A DNA stretch of 64,000 nt from Candidatus Cloacimonadota bacterium (GCA_034722995.1 JAYEOL010000075.1:16924-80923); one strand, 5' to 3'. Positions 30,072-40,732 are shown, numbered from the stretch's first letter. The notes: a model not told the origin generated them from the letters alone. Numbers and translations: made by a program.

Positions 30072-30755
30072 TTACTCTTTTGAACTTATTTTAGGTTTCA
30101 TATTTGGCATAAAGCGAACTTTATCAAAAGGCTGAACCAAAGTTGTTGCAACATTAATAAGATGAGAAGCAATTCTTTTCAAATAACGAATATATAACGC
30201 GGAAATAACAGCAGTTTGTGGTGATAGCCCTAAATCCTCCTTCATCAACCTATTAAGAAGAATATCACATTGTCGGGTCAATTTTTTGCTTACAACGGTT
30301 TTAGCAGAATCCTTATCATAATTATTAAAAGAGTAAGTCACAATATCAAAAACATTCGCTACCTCTTTCTCTATATTCTGTAAGTCCTCTTCTAATTCTC
30401 CAACTTCTAATTTTTTAGATATAGCCTGTGCCAATTCTGCAATATTTGTTGTGTAATCCCCAATTCGTTCAAAATCTATAACTATACCAATAAGAATAAT
30501 CCCACCAGGCGTGTCCACAGTACTTGAAAGTGAGAGATGTGTAAGCACTTTCTTGCGAATTGCTCTTTCGGTTTTATCCACCTTTTGTTCTTCATCAAAT
30601 ATGTTAACATCTGGATGGGGAATTTGACGACCTCGTAATCTTGCATAAGCATTATTAAACATTTGATTAGCTCTTTTAAGCATCTTAGATGCATCCTGAT
30701 GAGCTTCCATAAATAGATCGCTTTTTTTAAAAAGTCGTAATATTTCTTTAAGCAT
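30072..30755 (-). CDS. PhoU-domain protein (Na/Pi-cotransporter-associated type)
   Basis: 'IDFERIGDYTTNIAEL' PhoU signature. Helical. Size 227 aa. Confidence 0.6.
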   Translation of the reverse strand: MLKEILRLFKKSDLFMEAHQDASKMLKRANQMFNNAYARLRGRQIPHPDVNIFDEEQKVDKTERAIRKKVLTHLSLSSTVDTPGGIILIGIVIDFERIGDYTTNIAELAQAISKKLEVGELEEDLQNIEKEVANVFDIVTYSFNNYDKDSAKTVVSKKLTRQCDILLNRLMKEDLGLSPQTAVISALYIRYLKRIASHLINVATTLVQPFDKVRFMPNMKPKISSKE

Positions 30756-30893
30756 TTTTTACCTTCTTACTTATGTTTTCACTCCTATTATTATATTTAT
30801 ATTTTTCACTTGCTCTGAAGGCACGCTCTTATTGTTTTAAGTTGTTCTCGCTTTTTCTCTTGATGCAACTCTAACAAAGAGGCCTTCATCTCT

Positions 30894-31685
30894 TCAAAGA
30901 CGTTTTAACTTTTTTTCAATCAACCCTTCCAATTCTTTAATCACCTTCTTATAATCTGGTAAGTTACCAATTTGTCTCTTTAATTTTATCTGCCAATTTT
31001 TTATATAAGCAACCTTGTTGATTTCATATAAAAGATTAGGGAGATAAATATCATAACCAAATCTTCTTTTAAGCTCTTCTTTTATTTTCGCAACATTAAT
31101 ATTCAACTTCAAAAGATACCATAGGTCATAAATGTCACGCGGTTCGTTAGTTACATCTAAAATTCTGGATATTTTGTCACTTACTACAGATTCCAGAATA
31201 TAAGTATTAAGCGCTACCTTTTCTTGCTTAAATTCTTGATAAGTAAATAAAATTCTCTTTCTTTTAAACGAGGGGCTAAAATCATCTCTTAAAATATCTA
31301 TTTTTAACTCCTTCACTGCCTTAATTTCAGGAACAATATCATAACTAATATATAATTGCAGCCTATCTTTGCTTGTCTCTGAATGTATAGTCAGATGAAA
31401 AGGATAATCGGAACTAATTTTTGTCAGAAGTTGCTTAAGTCTTTGTTCATACTCCGCAAGATTTCCTTTGTCCTGCACTAAAAAATCTAAATCTTCTGAA
31501 AATCTGTAGTCACGAAAATAAACTTTTTTTAAGGCGGTACCTCCACGAAAAATAAGTCTTCTTTTAAAATACTCATTTCTAACTATATAAAATAGCACAA
31601 GTTCTATGAAATAATCTTTTTCAATTATTTCTTCAGAAACACCTTTTTTTAAGGCTAATCTTTGAATTTGAGAATAATTTATCAT
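30894..31685 (-). CDS. AbiEii-family nucleotidyltransferase toxin (type IV TA)
   Basis: 'FRGGTALKKVYFRDYRFSEDLDFL' matches the AbiEii/DUF1814 NTase motif. 263 aa. Confidence 0.75.
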   Translation of the reverse strand: MINYSQIQRLALKKGVSEEIIEKDYFIELVLFYIVRNEYFKRRLIFRGGTALKKVYFRDYRFSEDLDFLVQDKGNLAEYEQRLKQLLTKISSDYPFHLTIHSETSKDRLQLYISYDIVPEIKAVKELKIDILRDDFSPSFKRKRILFTYQEFKQEKVALNTYILESVVSDKISRILDVTNEPRDIYDLWYLLKLNINVAKIKEELKRRFGYDIYLPNLLYEINKVAYIKNWQIKLKRQIGNLPDYKKVIKELEGLIEKKLKRL

Positions 31686-31692
31686 AAACTAA

Positions 31693-32514
31693 CTAATGCC
31701 AGATTAGATCAAGTATTTGTTTTTGACCTACATTATCGATTAATCGCCAATGATTCTTATCTATTCCTTTCTTTGGTAAGATAGGATCAAATAAGTCATA
31801 GTGATTTTTTACATATTTCTTTAACTCATCTTTCAAATACTGTTGTTCTATATCAAGAATTTCTAATATATACCCCAGTCGTTTAGCTATTACATTCTTA
31901 TTACATTTATTAACATAGTTGCTTAATTTGGTATAATCAATTTTATTTTTAGTTAGCCAGATTCCTTTGGCAATCTCAGTAATTCCTCCACAATATTGAG
32001 GATGAGCTAAAGCATCAATAATGGTCTTTTCTAAATCAGAAATTCTCACCTTTTTATCTCTGGTAGCCCATACCTCTTTAACTCCCCAGTTAAACTTATT
32101 CTTAATAAAAACGAGAATTAATTTATTCTTCATTTCTTGAGGAACAACCTGCCGCTGGGGAGTAGCTACAAATATTTTAACTAATGGTTGAGTCAACATC
32201 CCCCAATAATTCATAGCACTGTAAAAAGCAATATAATAGTCAGGAGAATTAACCACCTCTTTGGCTGCCACGTACCAATTGCCAATATATTGCACTGTGT
32301 TCCCTAATTCTTGAGGAATAATCAAAAATTTACCTGGTTTCATGCGAGTAACTATACCTCTTCTGACTAATTCACTTAATAAATCTGTAACTTCATTATA
32401 TCCTTTACCAAGAATCCTCTGCACATCATCAATTTTAAAAATAGGCTTATTCTCTTCATAAAGTTTACAAATTAAATTGGCACTTACTTTGCCTAAAGTT
32501 TTATAGGAATTCAT
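31693..32514 (-). CDS. AbiEi-family antitoxin / transcriptional regulator
   Basis: 273 aa, 8 nt upstream of the AbiEii gene. N-terminal wHTH-like 'DDVQRILGKGYNEVTDLLSELVRRGIVTRMKPGKF' typical of the AbiEi N-domain. Confidence 0.65.
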   Translation of the reverse strand: MNSYKTLGKVSANLICKLYEENKPIFKIDDVQRILGKGYNEVTDLLSELVRRGIVTRMKPGKFLIIPQELGNTVQYIGNWYVAAKEVVNSPDYYIAFYSAMNYWGMLTQPLVKIFVATPQRQVVPQEMKNKLILVFIKNKFNWGVKEVWATRDKKVRISDLEKTIIDALAHPQYCGGITEIAKGIWLTKNKIDYTKLSNYVNKCNKNVIAKRLGYILEILDIEQQYLKDELKKYVKNHYDLFDPILPKKGIDKNHWRLIDNVGQKQILDLIWH

Positions 32515-32605
32515 TTTTTCTACCCTTTATGTAAAGAATACAGTGTAATATCCTGTATTATATACACTTTTAGTTGATTAATATAAAATTATCCCAATAA
32601 GATAC

Positions 32606-32827
32606 TCAACTTCCTCTTTTTCTAATAAGCGAAAAAGATCTTTGAAATCTGGATTGTGTTCCATTCTTACCTCTTATTAAATTAACCTCTCTGGTCATTT
32701 TCCAAGCAGCTATAAACTTTTTTTCAACTCCTAATTTTGACCAGAATTCAATATCAAACTTCTCATCATATTTATCAAAGGTGGTTAATCGGGATATAAT
32801 TAATATTTTCTTGCTCATTATTATCAT
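32606..32827 (-). CDS. Hypothetical small protein (73 aa)
   Basis: ORF abutting the end of the Na/Pi cotransporter gene. No motif recognised. Confidence 0.3.
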   Translation of the reverse strand: MIIMSKKILIISRLTTFDKYDEKFDIEFWSKLGVEKKFIAAWKMTREVNLIRGKNGTQSRFQRSFSLIRKRGS

Positions 32828-33999
32828 TATTTAGTTATTAACAAAATAAAAATTGGAATTGCAAAAAAAACAATCAAAATAAAAAGAATAGGATACAGTT
32901 TATTCTTTATAATTATTTTTGATAACATTACTGATGCCCTAATAGGAATGTGACGAACTGGCTTGACAGGCATAATAATTACCATTCCAAATACATTAAA
33001 ACAGAGATGAGAAAGTGCAACTACCAAAGCCGGCATGCTGCCAGTTGCCAATGCTGCCAATAAGGTGGTAACCGTAGTTCCAATATTGGCTCCAACCGTA
33101 TATGGCAAAACCTGATAAATAGTCAACATTCCAGCCCCAGCAAGAGGCACAACCAAAGAAGTTGTTATAGAACTGCTCTGCACAATTGCAGTTAATATCA
33201 AGCCTAACAGCAATGCTAAAAGGCCATTACGAAAGATAGTTTGGCTGAAAAACCGTTCTACTTTGTCCACCACAAGCAGACGCATTAGTTTTACCAGATA
33301 TTTCAAAGCAATAAACAGACAGACTAATGCAATTGCCAGAGCAACAAATTTTGAAAATTGTGGAGAAAACAGCTTCTGGAAAAACCCGGCTGTTTCATCA
33401 GGATATTTGGAATTAAACAAAAGATGGACAACAGGTTTAGTTATTGTTGCTACAGGACTTTTGAACTCTGCTCCTTTCAGATTTGCAGAAACTACAAAAT
33501 TAGCAAGAGCCACAGAACTCTTTTCAATTATATGAAAGCATATTTCCAGAGGTAAAAGGATAACAACTGCTATAATGTTGAAAAAATCGTGAACAGTTGC
33601 AGCTCTAAAGGCATTTTGAAATTCATCAGAACGGGAAATATGGGCGAGAGAAACTATAGTATTTGTGATGGTTGTGCCAATATTCGCTCCCATAATTATA
33701 GGAATAGCAATGCGGATTGAATGGGGACCTAAAATACCACTTGCTACTAAACCTATCACGATAGAAGTTGTGGTTGATGAACTTTGCAAGATACTTGTAG
33801 CCAAAATCCCCACAACTAATCCCATAATAGGATTACTGACATTTTGTATCAACCCTTCTGATAAACCCTTAAATCCCTTGAATCCCTCCCCCATCATTGC
33901 AATACTGAGAAAGAAGATGTAAATCAAAAATATAAGAAGTAAAATCTTTAATATTTTCTTAATCTTTGGCTGTTCCTTTACCAAAAAATTCGGAGTCAT
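32827..33999 (-). CDS. Na/Pi cotransporter family protein (NptA-like)
   Basis: Duplicated 'ATSILQSSSTTTSIVIGLV' / 'LTAIVQSSSITTSLVVPL' motifs and 'GANIGTTVTT'. Confidence 0.85.
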   Translation of the reverse strand: MTPNFLVKEQPKIKKILKILLLIFLIYIFFLSIAMMGEGFKGFKGLSEGLIQNVSNPIMGLVVGILATSILQSSSTTTSIVIGLVASGILGPHSIRIAIPIIMGANIGTTITNTIVSLAHISRSDEFQNAFRAATVHDFFNIIAVVILLPLEICFHIIEKSSVALANFVVSANLKGAEFKSPVATITKPVVHLLFNSKYPDETAGFFQKLFSPQFSKFVALAIALVCLFIALKYLVKLMRLLVVDKVERFFSQTIFRNGLLALLLGLILTAIVQSSSITTSLVVPLAGAGMLTIYQVLPYTVGANIGTTVTTLLAALATGSMPALVVALSHLCFNVFGMVIIMPVKPVRHIPIRASVMLSKIIIKNKLYPILFILIVFFAIPIFILLITK

Positions 34000-34028
34000 T
34001 CAATATCTTGGGGTAAGTTGTAGGTATT

Positions 34029-34748
34029 TTATAGTTTATCTACAATCTCAGAAACTTGGTCAACTACTTGAATATATCTTTCAAAAAATTTTACCAGTTG
34101 TTCGCCCTTCATTTTTACTTTTCTATTCTTGATGTCAAATGCTTGCAGGAAAACTGTGAAATCAATATTAAGAATATCAGAAGCTTTTTTTATTACATTA
34201 ATAGTTCTCTCTGGAATTTCCTGATTCTTTATAGATATAATCGCTTTCATTACAGGAATGAAACTTGAAAATGAACTGGAAATTAAACTTCTTATCACTC
34301 TTAAATTTCCAATGCTTTCCAGAAAAGCCAAACGAAGAATAAGCAGCTTACCTTTCAATTCTCTTTCTGCTTGCAGCCGTAGATGTTCAGAGTTTATTTT
34401 CAGCTTTTCAAAATAATCTTCTCCATAGACAGTTTTGTGTGAAGATTTTATATTCAGAAATTCAATTGGGAAAGTGTCCAGAGAACTTTCAATATATTGT
34501 GTTGAAAGGAAAAGTGGAGTGTAAACATCTTTTTTTCTAAGTCTCTTAATAACATCCTTTGCTAAAATAAGATTACTTAACCTCAAGTTCTCTAAGATGA
34601 TAGCAACATTTATATCGGATAATTTCGGATTAAAATCTTGAGTTACAGCACTTCCGTAGATATGAATAGAAACCAGTTTTTCACCGAAGACTGTCTTATA
34701 TTTTTCTACGATTTCAGTGAAGATTTTTTGCTTGTCTTTTATTTTCAT
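34029..34748 (-). CDS. Hypothetical protein (239 aa), possible minimal nucleotidyltransferase fold
   Basis: 'IHIYGSAVTQDFNPKLSDINVAIIL' weakly resembles hG[GS]...DhD. Confidence 0.3.
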   Translation of the reverse strand: MKIKDKQKIFTEIVEKYKTVFGEKLVSIHIYGSAVTQDFNPKLSDINVAIILENLRLSNLILAKDVIKRLRKKDVYTPLFLSTQYIESSLDTFPIEFLNIKSSHKTVYGEDYFEKLKINSEHLRLQAERELKGKLLILRLAFLESIGNLRVIRSLISSSFSSFIPVMKAIISIKNQEIPERTINVIKKASDILNIDFTVFLQAFDIKNRKVKMKGEQLVKFFERYIQVVDQVSEIVDKL

Positions 34749-34831
34749 TCTTTTTTCCTCTCTGATTTATTGTATAATATAAAAGCTGAATAATGCTTGA
34801 TACTTGAAACTGAATAATGGAAAGTAGGAAA

Positions 34832-35741
34832 TCAAGTTTCCCCGACTTGTCGTGATTTCCGCTTTGCTTCAACGGATTTCAAATTTCCATTTTCCAGAAA
34901 CACTTTCGCACACCTTTTTGCCAGATTTCTTATTCTTTTAATATAAATTGCTCTTTCAGTAACACTAATTGCTCCACGAGCGTCTAATAAATTAAAAATA
35001 TGTGAACATTTTAGTAAATACTCGTATCCAGGATATATAAGTCCAATCTCTATTTGACGCTGAGCTTCATCTTCGTATTTATCAAAACTTGTAAAAAGCA
35101 ACTCAAGATTTGCTGCATTGAAATTAAACTCAGAGAATTCTTTTTCATTTTGTGTATAAATCTCGCCATATTTCACATTTTCATTCCAGGCAATATCTTT
35201 GAAATTGTCTACCTGTTGAATATACATTGCCAGTCGCTCCAGACCATAAGTTAGTTCCACAGGAATAGATTTTAATTCAATGCCTGCTATCTGCTGGAAA
35301 TATGTAAATTGTGAGATCTCCATACCATCCAGCCAGACTTCCCAGCCGAGCCCTACTGCACCAAGTGTTGGCGACTCCCAATCATCTTCCACAAAGCGGA
35401 TATCGTGTTCCTTAATTGGAGTTCCAATAGCTTCTAAACTTTTTAAGTATAATTTCTGAATATCATCTGGTGATGGCTTAACCAGAACCTGAAACTGATA
35501 ATAGTATTGTAATCTGTTAGGATTCTCTCCATAGCGCCCATCTTTAGGACGACGAGTAGGCTGAACATAAGCGACTCTTATGGGTTTGTTAGATAGAGAG
35601 GCAAAAAAAGTGGCGGGATGAAATGTTCCCGCACCCATTTCAACATCATGGGGTTGACGAATAATACATCCATTTTCAGCCCAAAATCTTTGTAAACTGA
35701 ATATGATTTGTTGGAATGATAATTTATTTTGCATCATATTC
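34832..35741 (-). CDS. glyQ: Glycyl-tRNA synthetase alpha subunit
   Basis: '[38 protein letters not shown]' and '[13 protein letters not shown]'. Start moved to MNMMQNK (AAGGA RBS) because the longer ORF runs through a repeat element. Confidence 0.9.
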
Positions 35742-35744
35742 ATC

Positions 35745-35830
35745 CTTCGTCCCTCCCCGATTAAATCGGTGATCATCGGGACTACGCCTGTCCGCCGTAA
35801 CATCCATTCTCCGTAGCAATGCTACTGCGA
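35745..35830. repeat. Copy of GC-rich hairpin-module repeat (CCCGATTAAATCGG, ATCGGGACTACG, CCATTCTCCGTAG) in the glyQ leader, inverted relative to 20590-20640
   Basis: Shared 11-14-mers with the 20590-20640 region in opposite orientation. Confidence 0.6.
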
Positions 35831-35916
35831 AGGATGAACTATGGAAGGCGGGAAGAACGGAAAATAGACGAAACTTTTTAGTCAGCATTAAGCTGAAGTT
35901 TGGGTTCATATACCTA

Positions 35917-37542
35917 TTAATCTTCCCAAAATGTATCAATCTTGGTTTCTTCAATAAGAAGTTCAACAGTTGCTAATTTTTCCTTCAATCTCTCTTTCAT
36001 AAAATAATTTGTAGCTAATGTGTTGGCTTTGACATAATAATCCTTTGCTAAAACAAAGAATGCTTGTGACTGCTTTTTATGAAAGCTTCTTAATCTATTA
36101 TTTTCAGTATATTCAGAGCTCAAATCAGGATCCTTAGCTTTCTTGTCGTACTCAATGAATTTTTGATAATGACTATAACCTCTTTCATTATCTATTTCAG
36201 CAAGGAGCATATAAGGTTCTGGTTTATCAGGAGCAATCTCAGCAGATTTTTGGGCATTTGCAATTGCTTTATCGTAATCCTTTATTTGCCTATAAATGTC
36301 TGATATTCTATTATATCCTACTGGAGAATCTGGTTCTAAACCAATATATTTCTTTAATGATTCCAGAGCATCATCAAATCTTTGTTGAGTAACATAAGCT
36401 GCTGCTAAATTTAGATATGGTGCAGTACGAGTAGAATCCTTTTCTAATATTTCTAAATTTTGCTGTATGCTTTCTTCTATCCGCCCCGTTTTTTGATAGG
36501 CAATAGCTAATTTTTTCTCAATCTCCCCTTCCTCTACATCTGCATCTAATACTCTCTTCAAATAAGTAATTGCCTTATCGTAAAGATTATTATCAAAATA
36601 TAAAATTCCTAAGGCGTGGCATGCCTTAATACAAGTAGAATCACATTCCAGAACAATTTTGAAGGCTTCAACTGCTCCCTCAAAATCATCTAATGGTTGA
36701 CAAATTTCACCAGCATAAAACATATAATCAATATTTTCAGTATCAATTTCAGCCAATCTTCTATATGTTTCTAAAGCCATTTCACAATCACCATTAGTTT
36801 TATAAGTCCATGCTAATCCTTCAAGGGCTTCAATAAAGTCCGGTTCAATATCTAATGCTTGTTTGTAATAAGATATTGCTGAGTCATAATCTTCATTAAT
36901 AGCTGATATTCGTGCAAGATAGGCGTATGCAGTCTTTTCGTTGGGATTAAGTTTAAGAACATCTAAAAATGCCTTTTTTGCATCTTCATATTGTTCAGAA
37001 TTGTAGAAGTTAAGAGCAATATCCATAGCCTTGGTTTCAGCAGATTTTTTCAATTCAATTGCCTTGTCCAGAATGAGATTTACTGATTCAAGTCTTTTCT
37101 GTTTTTTCTTTTCAACTTGTAATCTTTCAAATTCAATATCTTCTGTCTGCGTATCTAAAACAAAGAAATTAACATTAAATAATGTTGACCCAATCTGAGA
37201 AATCTGTCCCCAAATACTAATGTCCGCTCCAATCTTTTTAGCAAGACTCAAAACAATCTCTTTATCCAATTCTACTATTTTAGTTTTTCCAAGTACCTTC
37301 ATAGCATCTTTTGAACCAATTACAACAACATTAGGAAGTTTGTCTGCCACTTCGGGAAAATCATTTTTAAGATATTTACACATAGATTTGCTTTCTCTAT
37401 CCAGGTAATGAAATCCCCAGACAGAGATTGTTATTCCCATATCTTTAACCTCACTCCTTTTAGCAGTCGCATTTTGCGAACAAGATAAGATTAGGACAAC
37501 AATTATTATAAAAATTACATTGATCAGTTTTGACATTTTCAC
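35917..37542 (-). CDS. TPR-repeat lipoprotein (541 aa)
   Basis: Lipobox 'VLILSCSQ'. Multiple 34-aa TPR-like units (AxxYYxxAL..P.....A). Confidence 0.8.
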   Translation of the reverse strand: MKMSKLINVIFIIIVVLILSCSQNATAKRSEVKDMGITISVWGFHYLDRESKSMCKYLKNDFPEVADKLPNVVVIGSKDAMKVLGKTKIVELDKEIVLSLAKKIGADISIWGQISQIGSTLFNVNFFVLDTQTEDIEFERLQVEKKKQKRLESVNLILDKAIELKKSAETKAMDIALNFYNSEQYEDAKKAFLDVLKLNPNEKTAYAYLARISAINEDYDSAISYYKQALDIEPDFIEALEGLAWTYKTNGDCEMALETYRRLAEIDTENIDYMFYAGEICQPLDDFEGAVEAFKIVLECDSTCIKACHALGILYFDNNLYDKAITYLKRVLDADVEEGEIEKKLAIAYQKTGRIEESIQQNLEILEKDSTRTAPYLNLAAAYVTQQRFDDALESLKKYIGLEPDSPVGYNRISDIYRQIKDYDKAIANAQKSAEIAPDKPEPYMLLAEIDNERGYSHYQKFIEYDKKAKDPDLSSEYTENNRLRSFHKKQSQAFFVLAKDYYVKANTLATNYFMKERLKEKLATVELLIEETKIDTFWED

Positions 37543-37781
37543 TACTCCTCCTTTATCTGCCTATTGGCAGATTTAGCACAAGACCACACGAAAATACTTT
37601 CTTCATACATAATAGAAAAAAATCTTAACTTTTTTTCGTGCATTTTTGTTGCTCATTTTTACTATTTTATTTTTGGTTAAAGATTTAAGATGTGGAAAAT
37701 TTTAATCAAGAAATTTATAAAAATTGTGAAAATTAAGTAATCATTTATAAAGTTTTAATTAGATTTATATTAAAAATAAGA

Positions 37782-37858
37782 TGGCGACCCCAAGGGGAAT
37801 TGAACCCCTGTTGCAGGAATGAAAATCCTGAGTCCTAACCCCTAGACGATGGGGTCGC
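37782..37858 (-). tRNA. tRNA-Glu (anticodon UUC), CCA encoded
   Basis: Reverse complement GCGACCCCATCGTCTAGGGGTTAGGACTCAGGATTTTCATTCCTGCAACAGGGGTTCAATTCCCCTTGGGGTCGCCA. Anticodon loop TTTTCAT. Confidence 0.85.
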
Positions 37859-37862
37859 AAAA

Positions 37863-37937
37863 TGGTGAGCCAGGAAGGATTCGAACCTTCGACTCTCGCC
37901 TTAAAAGGGCGATACTCTACCACTGAGTTACTGGCCC
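37863..37937 (-). tRNA. tRNA-Lys (anticodon UUU), CCA encoded
   Basis: Reverse complement GGGCCAGTAACTCAGTGGTAGAGTATCGCCCTTTTAAGGCGAGAGTCGAAGGTTCGAATCCTTCCTGGCTCACCA. Anticodon loop CTTTTAA. Confidence 0.85.
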
Positions 37938-38131
37938 GTTAAGGATAAACACTATTCAGTAAGCATGTAGTGTCAAGGTAACACCACTTAACAAAGTTAA
38001 CCAGAACAGGATAACTTCTTTTATTGTTTTTTTCTTGTCAAACTTTTTACACATATCCGGAAAATTCCATTTTTCTTGACATCAAAAACGCTAAATTAGT
38101 TCTTCTTTATAAAGAAAGGATATTATTGCAT

Positions 38132-40732
38132 ATGCTTTTAAGTAACGAAATTAGAAAGCAGTTTATCAAATTTTTTGCAGATAAAGGTCACGAAGTAGTT
38201 CCATCAGCACCACTAATTCCTATTAATGACCCTACCTTGCTCTTTACTAATGCTGGTATGAATCAGTTCAAGGATGTGTTTCTGGGAAAAGGAAAAAGGG
38301 ACTATGTTCGCGTAGTGAATAGTCAAAAATGTCTGCGTGCTGGAGGAAAGCATAATGACCTGGAAGAAGTGGGAAAAGATGACTATCATCATACATTTTT
38401 TGAAATGCTGGGCAATTGGTCGTTTGGTGACTACTATAAAGTTGAAGCTATCAAATGGGCTTGGGAACTTCTTACAGAAGTCTGGCAGATTCCAAAAGAT
38501 AAACTTTATGCTACAGTGCATAACAACGATGACGAATCATTCCAACTCTGGCAGGAAGTCACTGATATTGACAAAGATAAAATTTTAAAGTTTGGTGATA
38601 AGTACAATTTCTGGGAAATGGCAGAAACTGGACCTTGCGGTCCTTGCTCAGAAATTCATTATGACAGAGGTTTACAACATTGCCAAAGAATTGAAGATGA
38701 AAATCATAAATGCAAGATAAATGGTGGATGTGGAAGATTTGTTGAAATCTGGAATCTTGTTTTTATCCAATATAACCGTCTTGAAAATGGCAAATTAGTA
38801 GAGCTTCCCAAAAAGCATGTGGATACTGGCGCAGGATTTGAACGACTTGTTGCTATCCTCCAAAACAAATCCTCTAATTATGAAACTGACCTTTTTATGC
38901 CAATTATTAAACATCTTGAAACTCTATCTGATACAAAATTTGAAGAGAACAAACCAGCATTTCAAGTAATTGCTGACCATATCAGGGCACTTACTTTTGC
39001 AATTGCTGATGGAGTTCTTCCGTCTAATGAAGGAAGAGGTTATGTTATTCGTCGCATCTTACGAAGAGCTGCAAGATTTGGCAGACTGATAAATCTACAT
39101 AAACCCTCCCTTTATCAACTTGTTGATGATATTATTGAAACTATGGGAGACCATTATCCAGAACTGATTGAAAAAAGAGAGCACATAATATTAGTAATCA
39201 AATCTGAAGAGGAACGTTTTAATCTGACTTTAGACAATGGAATTATAAAATTCAATGAAATCACAGAAAGGCTAAAACCTAAGAAAATAATCTCTGGCAA
39301 AGATGTTTTCAAATTGTATGATACTTATGGCTTCCCGATGGATTTAACAAGAATTATGGCAGACGAAAAGGGACTTCTGATAGAGGAAAAAGGTTTTAAC
39401 ATTGAAATGGGTAAACAACGAGTGCAATCTCAAAAATCAGCTATATTCAATCTTGTTACTAATAATATCAAATGGAACGAATTCTTCACATCCGAAAAAA
39501 CAGAGTTTGTGGGGTATGAAAAAAATGAATGCCAAACCTATATTTCAAAATATTCTTTGGATAGCAAAAATAATATAAAATTAGTTCTATGCCAAACCCC
39601 ATTTTATGCAGAATCAGGCGGACAGCTTGCTGATATAGGCATAATTTTCAACGATGAATGCAATATTGAAATCTATGATGTGCAAAAAGAGAATGATATT
39701 TCTATTCATATTGGTAGATTGGTGTCAGGGAAAATCAATGACAAAGAAGTTACTGCAAAGATAGATGTTAAACGAAGAAAGGACATTGCAAGAAATCATA
39801 CAGCCACCCATCTTCTTCATGCTGCTTTAAGAGAAATTTTAGGAACACATCTTCACCAAAAAGGCTCGTTAGTTCCTCCTGACAGATTGCGTTTTGACTT
39901 TACACACTTCAAAGCAATTGATAAAAATGAGCTTGATATGGTAGAAAAAATTGTTAATGAGAAAATTCGGGAAAGTCTGCCTGTAAATATCTATTATGAT
40001 GCCATTGAAAATGCCAGGAAACAAGGAGCAATGGCTCTTTTCGGTGAGAAATATGAAAAAAGAGTAAGAGTAATTGAAATAGACAATTATTCTATAGAAC
40101 TCTGTGGTGGAATTCATTGCAAAAATACTGGAGAAATTGGATTATTCAGAATTTTATCTGAAAGTTCTATCTCCGCCGGTGTACGCCGAATAGAAGCTCT
40201 AACCGGAAAACACGCATACAATTATTCTAAAAAAGAAGAAACAATACTGAATGAAATTCAATCACAATTTAATTGTTCAATAAATGATATTATAAAAAAA
40301 ACCAAAAAAATGGCCTCGGAAAATAAAGAGTTGAAAAAACAACTTGAGAAATTTGAAATGGACCACATAAAAAGAACAGTGGACAAACTTATTGAAAATG
40401 CGAAATTAATTGATAAAATAAAAATTGTAGCTGGAGAAGTAAAAGTTAAAGACAATCAGCTGTTGCGTCAATCAGCAGATTATTTAAAGGATAAAATCAA
40501 CCGAGGAATTGGCATTTTGGGTGCAAACATTGACGATAAAGCATCCCTTATTTGCATAGTAACTCCAAACTTACAAAAGCAATTTCATGCAGGAAAAATT
40601 GTGAATAAGGTGGCAGAACTGATTGGCGGCAAAGGTGGCGGTAGACCAGATATGGCAATGGCTGGTGGAAAAGATGTAGGCAAGATTAAAAATGCAATTG
40701 CGAAAGCGCCAGAAATAATAAAAGAATTTTAG
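38132..40732 (+). CDS. alaS: Alanyl-tRNA synthetase
   Basis: 'EIRKQFIKFFADKGH', 'FTNAGMNQFK', 'HHTFFEMLGNWSFGDY', 'HTATHLLHAAL', C-terminal 'GGKGGGRPDMAMAGG'. Start set at MLLSNEIRK (AAAGGA RBS) rather than the upstream ATG. Confidence 0.95.
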   Translation: MLLSNEIRKQFIKFFADKGHEVVPSAPLIPINDPTLLFTNAGMNQFKDVFLGKGKRDYVRVVNSQKCLRAGGKHNDLEEVGKDDYHHTFFEMLGNWSFGDYYKVEAIKWAWELLTEVWQIPKDKLYATVHNNDDESFQLWQEVTDIDKDKILKFGDKYNFWEMAETGPCGPCSEIHYDRGLQHCQRIEDENHKCKINGGCGRFVEIWNLVFIQYNRLENGKLVELPKKHVDTGAGFERLVAILQNKSSNYETDLFMPIIKHLETLSDTKFEENKPAFQVIADHIRALTFAIADGVLPSNEGRGYVIRRILRRAARFGRLINLHKPSLYQLVDDIIETMGDHYPELIEKREHIILVIKSEEERFNLTLDNGIIKFNEITERLKPKKIISGKDVFKLYDTYGFPMDLTRIMADEKGLLIEEKGFNIEMGKQRVQSQKSAIFNLVTNNIKWNEFFTSEKTEFVGYEKNECQTYISKYSLDSKNNIKLVLCQTPFYAESGGQLADIGIIFNDECNIEIYDVQKENDISIHIGRLVSGKINDKEVTAKIDVKRRKDIARNHTATHLLHAALREILGTHLHQKGSLVPPDRLRFDFTHFKAIDKNELDMVEKIVNEKIRESLPVNIYYDAIENARKQGAMALFGEKYEKRVRVIEIDNYSIELCGGIHCKNTGEIGLFRILSESSISAGVRRIEALTGKHAYNYSKKEETILNEIQSQFNCSINDIIKKTKKMASENKELKKQLEKFEMDHIKRTVDKLIENAKLIDKIKIVAGEVKVKDNQLLRQSADYLKDKINRGIGILGANIDDKASLICIVTPNLQKQFHAGKIVNKVAELIGGKGGGRPDMAMAGGKDVGKIKNAIAKAPEIIKEF

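Noticed and set aside
33263-33922. Small plus-strand ORFs inside the Na/Pi cotransporter gene
   Set aside because: Antisense to a well-supported membrane-protein gene, with no independent signals.
34832-35803. Longer N-terminally extended glyQ ORF starting [10 protein letters not shown]
   Set aside because: The extension is translated from a GC-rich hairpin-repeat copy. A conserved GlyQ N-terminus with an AAGGA RBS begins at MNMMQNK (35741).
38024-38131. Upstream ATG (38024) for alaS giving a 902-aa product
   Set aside because: The extra 36 codons are F/L/Y-rich and non-conserved. The canonical AlaRS N-terminus (EIRKQFIKFF) with an AAAGGA RBS starts at 38132.
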